Shown here in pieces: positions 52,635 to 60,846 of a stretch of DNA of 64,000 nucleotides. The position numbers were made by a program, and so were the translations under genes. The notes beneath the pieces were generated by a model, which did not search any database, was not told where the DNA came from, and was given only the letters and a program-made list of their open reading frames with translations. The stretch comes from a virus: the IMG/VR virus record IMGVR_UViG_3300028573_000014, positions 15,954-79,953 of that record. The stretch is one strand, 5' to 3'. The first letter of the stretch is position 1. The number at the start of each line of letters is the position of its first letter.

Positions 52635-53126
52635 CTAATAGAAAAACTGGACCTTCAAGCGGCCCAGCGTCACTTCGTTACCGTCTCGCAGCATGGATCT
52701 CTCCCCTTTGGCAATTCTGGTCCCATTCACATAGGTGCCATTGGCGCTGCCCGTATCTTCGATATACAACTTGCCATCTGCCACAATAAGTTTGCCATGA
52801 GAACGCGAAACGCCCAGCGAGATAGCATCGAAGGGCGAAAGGTCTATATCAGCTATGAAGTCCGGCGTACTGCGTCCGATGATAAGTTCGGTACGCTTGA
52901 GAAGGTTTACCCGCAATGGTTTGCGGTCATCCCCTATACGCAGTGTAAGATGGGAGCCTGCCACAAAGCTGTGGGTCCCCCACTCGACACGGACAGATTG
53001 TTCTGGATTCTCTATACGATGGGTAGTGATACGATTGTCCACCAGCATAAATCCGCATTCATTGCAGATGATGGTGTTCGCAAGATATGGCGCTTTACAG
53101 CGTGGACATAGTAGTTGTGTGCTCAT
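52635..53126 (-). CDS. Zn-ribbon + FHA domain protein
   Basis: CPRC...CNECG; FHA motifs IGR, GVSRSH, DTGSANGTYVNG, LRDG.EVTLG. Confidence 0.9.
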   Translation of the reverse strand: MSTQLLCPRCKAPYLANTIICNECGFMLVDNRITTHRIENPEQSVRVEWGTHSFVAGSHLTLRIGDDRKPLRVNLLKRTELIIGRSTPDFIADIDLSPFDAISLGVSRSHGKLIVADGKLYIEDTGSANGTYVNGTRIAKGERSMLRDGNEVTLGRLKVQFFY

Positions 53127-53266
53127 ATAGAAAAAGTGCTGGGCCACCGGGAGGACATTTTTATCCAGGCCATTTCGGCATTCGCGGTGTTTCTAACCCA
53201 TGAGGTATAAGTAAACCACACTTAAATCAGACACACAATTGCGATATTCGTGGTAATACAGGCGTT

Positions 53267-53476
53267 TTACCCCGAAAGATTGTCTTCTGTCGGGGGATCG
53301 TACTGATGCGGTTTGTACACATCCCAGTTCCAGAGCCATGAAGGGATGCACATGGCCTCAATGATGAGTCGTCTGGCTATTTCGAGGTCTGCCAGAATAG
53401 CGGGGTCGAGTCCAGGTGGGGGAAGCTGCGGTAGCGGGAATATTTTGGGCTTTATCTCTTCTGGCTGGTCGTCCAT
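53267..53476 (-). CDS. Small protein with portal-like peptide
   Basis: LEIARRLIIEAMCIPSWL. Confidence 0.45.
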   Translation of the reverse strand: MDDQPEEIKPKIFPLPQLPPPGLDPAILADLEIARRLIIEAMCIPSWLWNWDVYKPHQYDPPTEDNLSG

Positions 53477-53698
53477 CTAACACTCCTTGAGCGCATTCTC
53501 AATCCCGTAAAGTTCACTGAGCAACAATACCTCTTCCATCGGAGTCAGGGCGAAGTCCTCAAATTCACCGTCCAGCGATACAAAACGATGGGTGCGGCAG
53601 ATAATAGGACCGCTGTCGATGTCATCAATGAAATCGTTCAGGAAATCGCTTTGCTCCTGATAGTCCTGAAACATGGTGAAGTGGAGGATGGGCAGCAT
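53477..53698 (-). CDS. Small acidic protein (weak TerL N-terminal-like peptide)
   Basis: DFALTPMEEVLLLSELYG. Confidence 0.45.
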   Translation of the reverse strand: MLPILHFTMFQDYQEQSDFLNDFIDDIDSGPIICRTHRFVSLDGEFEDFALTPMEEVLLLSELYGIENALKEC

Positions 53699-53943
53699 CA
53701 GTGTCTCCAGCGGCTGATAGTAATATTCATCGGGTGAGACTGGTAATAATCATAGGTATGTCCCTGCGACCAGTCGGCGTAACCCTTCGGAGCATCAGCC
53801 ATAAACAGGGGGTTGGTGGGACGAGCATTCTCCCAATCCAGGAAGGTGTCTACCAGGTCGGGAGGCCAGTCTCTATACTGCGCCAGCCGCTCAGCAGTGC
53901 GTTTGGCCTTCTGCTTCTCTTTGTGTTGGCGAAGGAAGTTCAT
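53698..53943 (-). CDS. Hypothetical protein
   Basis: Coupled ORF. Confidence 0.45.
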   Translation of the reverse strand: MNFLRQHKEKQKAKRTAERLAQYRDWPPDLVDTFLDWENARPTNPLFMADAPKGYADWSQGHTYDYYQSHPMNITISRWRH

Positions 53944-54353
53944 GAGTTCTGTCGCCAGTGCTCATCTGCCCACTTGTCCTGCTGAAGACGCAATTCGGCC
54001 TCGGCTGCTTTGTTTATTGCTGTGATCCTGTCGGCCTCGGCATTCTGGGCTTCTACCCAGAGTCGGAATGCCTCGTCATCATCATCATACCCTCGAAGAA
54101 TACTGGCTGGTCTTGAATAATCCCCGTCTTTTATCTGGAATGTCCATACGCCATCTGGCGCTACGAAAGACAGTTCGCATCGGTCTTCTATTGGAGGAGT
54201 CTTCCGTCCCTGACGATGAGGCATACCAAGCATCGTAACGTTAACAATGCCCTTCCTGCTAACTCTCAGTGCCAATTCTGAGAATTCAGCATAGGGGACA
54301 TAAGGTTCATCCCCTGTAAACTGCTCAAAGTATGCTTCGATGGCTCTAATCAT
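53940..54353 (-). CDS. Hypothetical protein with TerL Walker A-like peptide
   Basis: FTGDEPY...VTMLGMPHRQGRKT. Confidence 0.5.
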   Translation of the reverse strand: MIRAIEAYFEQFTGDEPYVPYAEFSELALRVSRKGIVNVTMLGMPHRQGRKTPPIEDRCELSFVAPDGVWTFQIKDGDYSRPASILRGYDDDDEAFRLWVEAQNAEADRITAINKAAEAELRLQQDKWADEHWRQNS

Positions 54354-54606
54354 TGCGCTTCGACTCCTCTCGTATCAGGTATTCGTTGTAGGCATTAAGC
54401 GCCGCAGCCATCTCCTGGTTATACCGATCCTGTGCTTTGCGCATGTCCTGGTCGTACATCGTGTCTTCAAACTGCTCATCTATCGGGCGATTGATCATAT
54501 GATCATGCCAGCACTGAATCTGGCGATGCTTCTTCCAGCGATCCATCAGCCAGATAAGGATGGCAGCGATAATAATTCCAGCGGCAATCTGATAAAGGTC
54601 ATTCAT
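54346..54606 (-). CDS. Small membrane-anchored protein
   Basis: N-terminal TM helix. Confidence 0.45.
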   Translation of the reverse strand: MNDLYQIAAGIIIAAILIWLMDRWKKHRQIQCWHDHMINRPIDEQFEDTMYDQDMRKAQDRYNQEMAAALNAYNEYLIREESKRND

Positions 54607-54886
54607 CCGAGTCGTCTCCTGAGTTGGGATCATCCGGCACCACCTCGGCAGTCACATCAATGACCAGTGGCGGATCGCGATCTATTCCCATCATCATTGC
54701 TTCGAGAGGACCAACCGTTCGATAACTGCCCTTTTTAATCTTGCGGTTGATAGGTTCGGGCGGTTTTTCCAGTGTGCGATCTACCATCACCCATTTGCCA
54801 TCGATCAGCGCCACAATTACAGTTGCGGCGTAATCGCTACCAGCCGCAGGGTCTATACCCAGATAATAAGTCCAGTGTTCAGGCAT
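54599..54886 (-). CDS. Small protein with TerL nuclease first-strand motif
   Basis: TYYLGIDPAAGSDYAATVIV...MVDR. Confidence 0.55.
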   Translation of the reverse strand: MPEHWTYYLGIDPAAGSDYAATVIVALIDGKWVMVDRTLEKPPEPINRKIKKGSYRTVGPLEAMMMGIDRDPPLVIDVTAEVVPDDPNSGDDSDE

Positions 54887-55154
54887 CCTGCACCTTCCTG
54901 TCATTCCAGCCACATTCACAGATAAAATATGCGCCTGCCGGGTCTGACTCGTTGGTCAGACCCTTCCCGTAAGTATTGCCGCAGACGGGGCATACCATCT
55001 CATACATTTTGTGAACCGCGTCGGCAATATTGGCGATGGCATCCAATGTTTCCTGACTCATCCCGTCTCGGCCTGCTGCCAGGGCATGAAAGGTGTTACC
55101 CTTCCGAGAAGTATACCAGCCCGATGGATGTCCCTTACTTTTTCGCTTGCTCAT
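54879..55154 (-). CDS. Zn-ribbon hypothetical protein
   Basis: CPVCG...CECG. Confidence 0.5.
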   Translation of the reverse strand: MSKRKSKGHPSGWYTSRKGNTFHALAAGRDGMSQETLDAIANIADAVHKMYEMVCPVCGNTYGKGLTNESDPAGAYFICECGWNDRKVQDA

Positions 55155-55362
55155 TCACCTTCTCCAACGCAGCCTTTAAGGCATCGAGAGGATCATAGGC
55201 TGTTGCAGTTATATCATAATGCACTTTTCCTACATTACGCCAGAGTCGACATGTCCAGCGTGGATAATTATCATGGTGGATAGTGATAGAGAGTCCTAAC
55301 TGCCAGACTTCGTGCATCGCCAGTCCCCAGACCGTCATGCGCTCGACATCGAATTCGTTCAT
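55135..55362 (-). CDS. Hypothetical protein
   Basis: Coupled ORF. Confidence 0.5.
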   Translation of the reverse strand: MNEFDVERMTVWGLAMHEVWQLGLSITIHHDNYPRWTCRLWRNVGKVHYDITATAYDPLDALKAALEKVNEQAKK

Positions 55363-55808
55363 ATACGATCTTTCACCTCAGCCAGCAGCCGCACCTTGAT
55401 ATTGTCCAGTGAGCGGCGGTACGCACCGAGTCTGTTGTCCAGCGAAGAGAGGTTCCCGATCAATCGACTGGCAGCATCAACATGGTTGGCAGCCAGATTG
55501 AGGCGACTCTGCTCATCATCGGCAGTAATCCAGCCCTGACCGAGAAGCGCTCTGACTTCCTCAATGAGCGCCTTCTGGTCTTCAATCATCTGCACGAAGC
55601 GCTGGGCATCCTCATGATCATCAAACCAGCCTGCTGTGACAAACCCGGATTCTTCGGGATCGGGCTTGTCATCCACGAAGGTGATATTGCCAGTCAATTC
55701 CATTGTGCCATCTTCATCAGTCTGTTCCTGGTCGGCAATGAACTGTCCGCCATTGAGAAAACGATTGAGACGTTCCTCAATGGCTGCGAGGTCGAATTGT
55801 TGGTTCAT
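55359..55808 (-). CDS. Hypothetical protein (Ead/Ea22-like pattern)
   Basis: DLAAIEERL...DAQRF...ALIEEVRAL. Confidence 0.5.
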   Translation of the reverse strand: MNQQFDLAAIEERLNRFLNGGQFIADQEQTDEDGTMELTGNITFVDDKPDPEESGFVTAGWFDDHEDAQRFVQMIEDQKALIEEVRALLGQGWITADDEQSRLNLAANHVDAASRLIGNLSSLDNRLGAYRRSLDNIKVRLLAEVKDRI

Positions 55809-56168
55809 CTAAGACTCCTTCATCTGGAATAGAGGCAAGTCATCGATCCGCGTTTCCTTCACAATATGATGATCTTCAAATGGCTGGCGCAGCCGTTCAC
55901 GACATATAGCCACATATTCGGGGTTAAGTTCGCTCCCGATGTAGGATCGACCATTAGCCCTTGCCACAAGTCCGCTGGTCCCACTTCCCATGAAGGGATC
56001 AAGCACAATGCCAGGGCGCACACCTGCATTGCAATCGCAGTTGATGCTCTGGTCGGGCAGTCTGCGCAGCATGGTCAATGCGTCCATGCAGTGAATAACG
56101 TCCACCTGTAATGAGGATGGCACAAAAGGCTGCGCAGGCCAGTCCTGATCTACGATGTCGATGGTCAT
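55809..56168 (-). pseudogene. Internally deleted N4/N6 DNA methyltransferase remnant
   Basis: N-terminal IHCMDAL..LPDQSINC joined directly to C-terminal VLDPFMGSGT...IGSELNPEY; catalytic SPPY/DPPY and TRD absent. Confidence 0.7.
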
Positions 56169-57598
56169 GATTGCACCTCAAATAGTGATGGCTGCTTAAT
56201 CTCAGGCTCGGTAACTGCCAGACGCATGGACCGCATGGGATCGTCATAGTAATCCAGCCGCGCCCGTGCAATGCTGGCATATTCGTGGCTGAGTTCTACG
56301 CCATAGATAGTTTCCCAGCCTGCCAGCGATGCCCCAATAATTTCGCTTCCACTTCCACAAAATGGGATAAAGAGTCTGCGGGGTCCGAATTCCGCAGGCG
56401 GCAAAAGCAGTTTCGCAAGCCAGATCGCCAAATTAATGGGCTTGATCGTGGGGTGCGTGTTCAGTCGCTGTGTCTCACCCCGCTGATAAGCATTATCGAT
56501 AGCCTTCTTGCGACCATCATTCACCTGCTGATAATCAAAGTGGTCAAGTCCCCGGTTGCGCTCATCCTTGCCAGCTTTTGGCATATACAGGAAAGGGCTG
56601 GCAACTTCCAACTGCTCGGCCACTTCCTGCGACCAGTCAGCAGTATGGAAGAATCGGGCAGCCGATCCATCATCACCGTAACCTTCATAGTTGCGCTGGC
56701 GATTGAACCGACCTGAGTAGATATTCGCCATCGGTTCGCTCTGGGCATCCACGATATTGCCGCCAGCAGATCGTTCGCCTGCCTGGTCGCCCAACATCTG
56801 GACAGGGCACATAGGTACACACTGATCATCCGTGCAATCTGGACTATGGATCAGTGCCAGATTGGAAGGCCAGCGACCACCGCGATCCATCTCTTGTGGC
56901 TCAAACTCTATGATCCCCTGACTATGGATAAAATTTCCGCCTCTGATGTCGTTTTTCCAGGGCGTGCTTCTATTCCATGCTGGACCTTCGATGCGACCAC
57001 CATCAATGTTGATCGTACCGGCACCGGACCCTGTAATGCAATCTCGCGTCCGACCAATATATGGCTTCTGGAAGACGCAGATAGGTTCAAGGGAAGGCTT
57101 CATAGCTTGTCCGCCATAACGATGCCCCTCAAAGCGGGGATCGCCTTTGACGCGAGTCGCTTTGGGGAAGCCCTGACCCTGTATCCAGACGATCATAGGA
57201 TGCAGGATAAAACCTGCATCCTCAATGGCGCAGGCCATTCGTGCGAAGCCGCGAGTACTAGCAAAGGCCATTCCAAATGCACCAGGCAACAGAACCTTAC
57301 TGAAAGTTGCCCATGTCTCAGGTCGGAATACCAGGTCTCCACCATCCCAATCCTTTCCCATGAATCCTTTTGAGGCTCTGGCGAAAGCACCGTCTTTACC
57401 AAACTTGGCAGGAGCGGCATCTGCGCTGCCAAATCGATCAGTGATACTGGTCAAATGATAGGGAGGATCACAGAACATGCTGTGAAAGAGTTCGCCCCGA
57501 TAATCGTGCGTGAAATCCAGTGCATCCCCCTGGATAACCCGATGCTTCGTTCTGGCTACCATTGGTAGCGCACTGCTCTCTGCGGTCAGGAGTTTCAT
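56165..57598 (-). CDS. Beta-class N4/N6 DNA methyltransferase
   Basis: CDPPY, GFPK, HPTIKP, PFCGSGS, GVEL. Confidence 0.9.
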   Translation of the reverse strand: MKLLTAESSALPMVARTKHRVIQGDALDFTHDYRGELFHSMFCDPPYHLTSITDRFGSADAAPAKFGKDGAFARASKGFMGKDWDGGDLVFRPETWATFSKVLLPGAFGMAFASTRGFARMACAIEDAGFILHPMIVWIQGQGFPKATRVKGDPRFEGHRYGGQAMKPSLEPICVFQKPYIGRTRDCITGSGAGTINIDGGRIEGPAWNRSTPWKNDIRGGNFIHSQGIIEFEPQEMDRGGRWPSNLALIHSPDCTDDQCVPMCPVQMLGDQAGERSAGGNIVDAQSEPMANIYSGRFNRQRNYEGYGDDGSAARFFHTADWSQEVAEQLEVASPFLYMPKAGKDERNRGLDHFDYQQVNDGRKKAIDNAYQRGETQRLNTHPTIKPINLAIWLAKLLLPPAEFGPRRLFIPFCGSGSEIIGASLAGWETIYGVELSHEYASIARARLDYYDDPMRSMRLAVTEPEIKQPSLFEVQS

Positions 57599-57957
57599 TG
57601 AGCCTTCTCCTTAAACAAGTTCGTTTCCATGAAGTGAAATACCGACTTGCCGTGAGTCAGGTGATAGGTGCTTCGGTTGTGTTTGCTGGTAAACATCGCT
57701 ACTCGGAACTGCGTGATGGCATCATTAGCTGCCTGCCAATCGTCAAGTGACAGATCAGCGGCTTCATTCTCCGCTGCATTTATCTGATACCGGACCATGT
57801 TCTTTAAGCCCTCAAAACTGGCTGGCGAGTCAACTCTGGAGTTCCTGACGAGCAAGGCCGCATCGATCAGCGGTCTGGTGACTGCTTCGGTAATGCCTGA
57901 GCTTTGCAGCCACATCATAATACGGTTGATCTTCCCGTCGAGGTCGTACAGGTTCAT
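57595..57957 (-). CDS. Hypothetical protein
   Basis: ATGA-coupled. Confidence 0.5.
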   Translation of the reverse strand: MNLYDLDGKINRIMMWLQSSGITEAVTRPLIDAALLVRNSRVDSPASFEGLKNMVRYQINAAENEAADLSLDDWQAANDAITQFRVAMFTSKHNRSTYHLTHGKSVFHFMETNLFKEKAQ

Positions 57958-58427
57958 TTTGCAATCTCCGTGTTGACCCATGATCCGCACGAAGTGCAGT
58001 GCAGCATGTTGGGATAGCCAGCACGCTCTTTATCGTAGGCTTCTACGCGATGGCACACGGGACATTCAACCGGGTCAACGAGAGACAATACCTGGATACC
58101 GAAGCCCATCGTTTCGCCCAGGACAACTGCGTGCGGTAACTGGATGAGTGTAGAGTCAAGCATCGGGAGCGGTAGTTGACCTGCGTTGAGTGCCAGCGCT
58201 GCCATCCCTTTGGACGTGAGATAGAACCACATCTCATCACCAACTTCCTGCCAGTCGATGTAATCATATTCCCACAGATTCTTGAAGGCCAGCCCAAAGG
58301 CTTCGCCCATGCTGGACAGGTCGGTGTCTTGCAGGGGATCTCCCTCGTCATTGCATTTGCGCACGAAGGCCAGGATGTCAAGATCGTCATTGGTGAGTGA
58401 AAGTGATTCGAGTTTGTTGTTTTCCAT
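57954..58427 (-). CDS. wHTH + Zn-ribbon protein
   Basis: YLTSKGMAAL; CPVC...CTSC. Confidence 0.55.
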   Translation of the reverse strand: MENNKLESLSLTNDDLDILAFVRKCNDEGDPLQDTDLSSMGEAFGLAFKNLWEYDYIDWQEVGDEMWFYLTSKGMAALALNAGQLPLPMLDSTLIQLPHAVVLGETMGFGIQVLSLVDPVECPVCHRVEAYDKERAGYPNMLHCTSCGSWVNTEIAK

Positions 58428-58428
58428 T

Positions 58429-60846
58429 TTAGAAGCCCTCCAGGTTGATGTTGTTGGACACGTAATCGATAAAGCTGGTTGTGTTGCCGACCCAGCGAGT
58501 TGTGACACGCGCACCGCTCTTGTGATTGCGCTGCTTGGCGATATGCAGTTCAGCTATTCCGGGCACATTGCTGTTTTCGTCATAGAAGTCATCCCGGTAA
58601 ATGAAGATGATGGTATCTGCCACCTGCTCAAGCGTACCAGAGTCGCGCAGGTCAGACATGATAGGACGTTTATCCGCACGTTTTTCCAGATCGCGGTTGA
58701 GCTGGCTCAGGGCGATCACGGGAATGCGGAAGGTCTGCGCCAGTTCTTTGAGCGCTCGACCAATAACATCGATCTCGTTATTGCGGTTCTGAATAGCCCG
58801 TCCGACATTGCTTTCCAGCAACTGCACAAAGTCTATAACCAGCAGGTCGATGCCCCATTCACGGTGCAGACGCTTGATCCGATGGACCAGAGTCTTGACA
58901 TCCGTGTTGGGTGTGTCATCGATGGCAATGGGAAGTTCCGAGGCAATGCCTGTAGCATCTGTGAAGCGCGTCCACTCTGGACCGGTCAGGTTGCCCTGCT
59001 TCATCTGTTCGCCAGTCAGGCCAGATCCACTGGCGGTAACGCGGAAGGTCAGTTCATTGCCCGTCATTTCCTTAGTGACAATAAGCGTATGTTTACCTTG
59101 ACTGGCAGCCGCTACTGCACTACCCATCGCCAGCGCAGTGTTGTGAGTAACGGTCATATCTGCCAGTAAAAACAGACCATCTCCGTCCAACTCGAACCCA
59201 AAGTATTCGCCTTCACCAGCGGACTCAATGCGAATTCCAGTTACATGCGAATCTTTCTGATAAACTGGGTTTCGTGGCTTTTTTCGCTCAATAAGCACAG
59301 GAATATCTGTCATGTCTCCCGAAAAGCGCACGCGATAAGCCATTCCAGAGAAGCCCGTTTGACATGTCACAGGCTTCTCAATAAGCGAAGTCCGATAACC
59401 AAGCGTATCAGCAAGAAACTTGATCTGTTTCGCCAGATCAGGTAAGGCAAGCGTGATCTCATAGGTGTTATATTCGGCCTGATAGCAGCCATCAGAGTCG
59501 ATTAGTCCTGCAAGGAGACTGAGACGAATATCACGACTATTTGCAAGATACGATTTAGGTATGTGCTTGTTTCCCAGAATACCGAGTTCGCGCAGTTGTA
59601 CCTGCAAACTCTGGTAGCGATTCTTCATAGTCGCCTTTATTCGATACGTGTTGCAATGTCTCCCACGATTATTGTAAACAGTCAGAACTTCGCCCCGATC
59701 TAAAGCCAATTGCGCCAAATATTCCCCGATTTCAGGATCGGCATTGTGGATACTAGATGATGCCGTAGTGCCATCGCCTAGCCATAGGCCCAAAAAATAA
59801 GCGGGGATCGGGACATTGCTCTCAGGAAAATCTACAGCAACCTTGTAGCCCTTGTATCTCGCAAAGAAGCCTGGTCCGCGCGGCTTCATTCCCGTGTTGC
59901 CAAGAATTTCATCCACACTGATGTTCAAGATGTCCCCGTGAGAATGCTTTCCTTCATTCTTGGATCGTTTGAGCGAAAGAATATGAGGACCATTGACTTT
60001 GTAGGAAATGCCCTTCTGCTGATGTACCCAGTACAACGGTTCTACCCCATGCGCTAACGACAAAACTGAACGAGGGCTTGAGTCGGGTCCCATCAAAAGA
60101 TTGCTTGTCTTCACATCTTCGACCTTGATGAGATCGCCGTTATAGAGCATGACCTCAGTTCCCTTAGCGAGGCATTTCCCCATGCCAGGTCTTGCAGCAA
60201 TGAGAATGACTTCGCCATCATTCCAGCCGTGTGCCACCAGTTCTTTGTCGAGATCGACCAGTCCAGTGGAGATACCTGCGGGGACACCGTTGTTGTTATA
60301 CGCTGTCTGTACCTTATCGTAGTTTTCGCTGGCGAATTCACTGATGAATTTGAAATCGCCATCCTGCCGAATTTTGGTGGCATCGGTCAAAATGTCGTGG
60401 GCCTGCTGAATTAATTCAGGAAGGGGCCTATTTGCTTCGATAAAGAGTTGAGCCATATCTCCGCAAGCCTTAAGCCCTTTGCGCCTTACAGACATGTGTT
60501 CTACGATGCGTGCGTAGGTTTCTGCATGAAGATGCGTCGGTGTGCCGTTGATAAGTTTTGTGATGGCTGCGGATCCGCCAACTTCTTCCAGTTTGCCTTT
60601 GGTAATGAGTTCTTCAACAACAGTGATGTTGTCAATGTCATCTCCGCGATCATCCAGTGCCAGCATGGCCTCAAAAATCCAGCCGTGCTTGACAAGGAAA
60701 AAATCATCGGGGGTGAGAAAGCCAGAAACAACCGCAATTGATTCTGGATTGATCATGATGCTGCCCAGTACCGCTTCTTCAGCTTCGACGGAGTTGGGCG
60801 CAAGGTCGGGATTAACCAACAAATTTGCGACCATATTTTGCCTCAT
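58429..60846 (-). CDS. dnaB: Replicative DNA helicase with intein
   Basis: EAEEAVLG, AARPGMGK|T, IDFVQL, LSQLNR, DLRDSGTLEQVAD, IAKQRN. Confidence 0.95.
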   Translation of the reverse strand: MRQNMVANLLVNPDLAPNSVEAEEAVLGSIMINPESIAVVSGFLTPDDFFLVKHGWIFEAMLALDDRGDDIDNITVVEELITKGKLEEVGGSAAITKLINGTPTHLHAETYARIVEHMSVRRKGLKACGDMAQLFIEANRPLPELIQQAHDILTDATKIRQDGDFKFISEFASENYDKVQTAYNNNGVPAGISTGLVDLDKELVAHGWNDGEVILIAARPGMGKCLAKGTEVMLYNGDLIKVEDVKTSNLLMGPDSSPRSVLSLAHGVEPLYWVHQQKGISYKVNGPHILSLKRSKNEGKHSHGDILNISVDEILGNTGMKPRGPGFFARYKGYKVAVDFPESNVPIPAYFLGLWLGDGTTASSSIHNADPEIGEYLAQLALDRGEVLTVYNNRGRHCNTYRIKATMKNRYQSLQVQLRELGILGNKHIPKSYLANSRDIRLSLLAGLIDSDGCYQAEYNTYEITLALPDLAKQIKFLADTLGYRTSLIEKPVTCQTGFSGMAYRVRFSGDMTDIPVLIERKKPRNPVYQKDSHVTGIRIESAGEGEYFGFELDGDGLFLLADMTVTHNTALAMGSAVAAASQGKHTLIVTKEMTGNELTFRVTASGSGLTGEQMKQGNLTGPEWTRFTDATGIASELPIAIDDTPNTDVKTLVHRIKRLHREWGIDLLVIDFVQLLESNVGRAIQNRNNEIDVIGRALKELAQTFRIPVIALSQLNRDLEKRADKRPIMSDLRDSGTLEQVADTIIFIYRDDFYDENSNVPGIAELHIAKQRNHKSGARVTTRWVGNTTSFIDYVSNNINLEGF
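59140..60174 (-). mobile_element. LAGLIDADG endonuclease-containing intein in DnaB P-loop (345 aa)
   Basis: GK|CLAKGT ... VTHN|T; LGLWLGDG and LAGLIDSDG motifs. Confidence 0.95.

Noticed and set aside
58282-59169. 295-aa plus-strand ORF
   Set aside because: Common antisense shadow of dnaB
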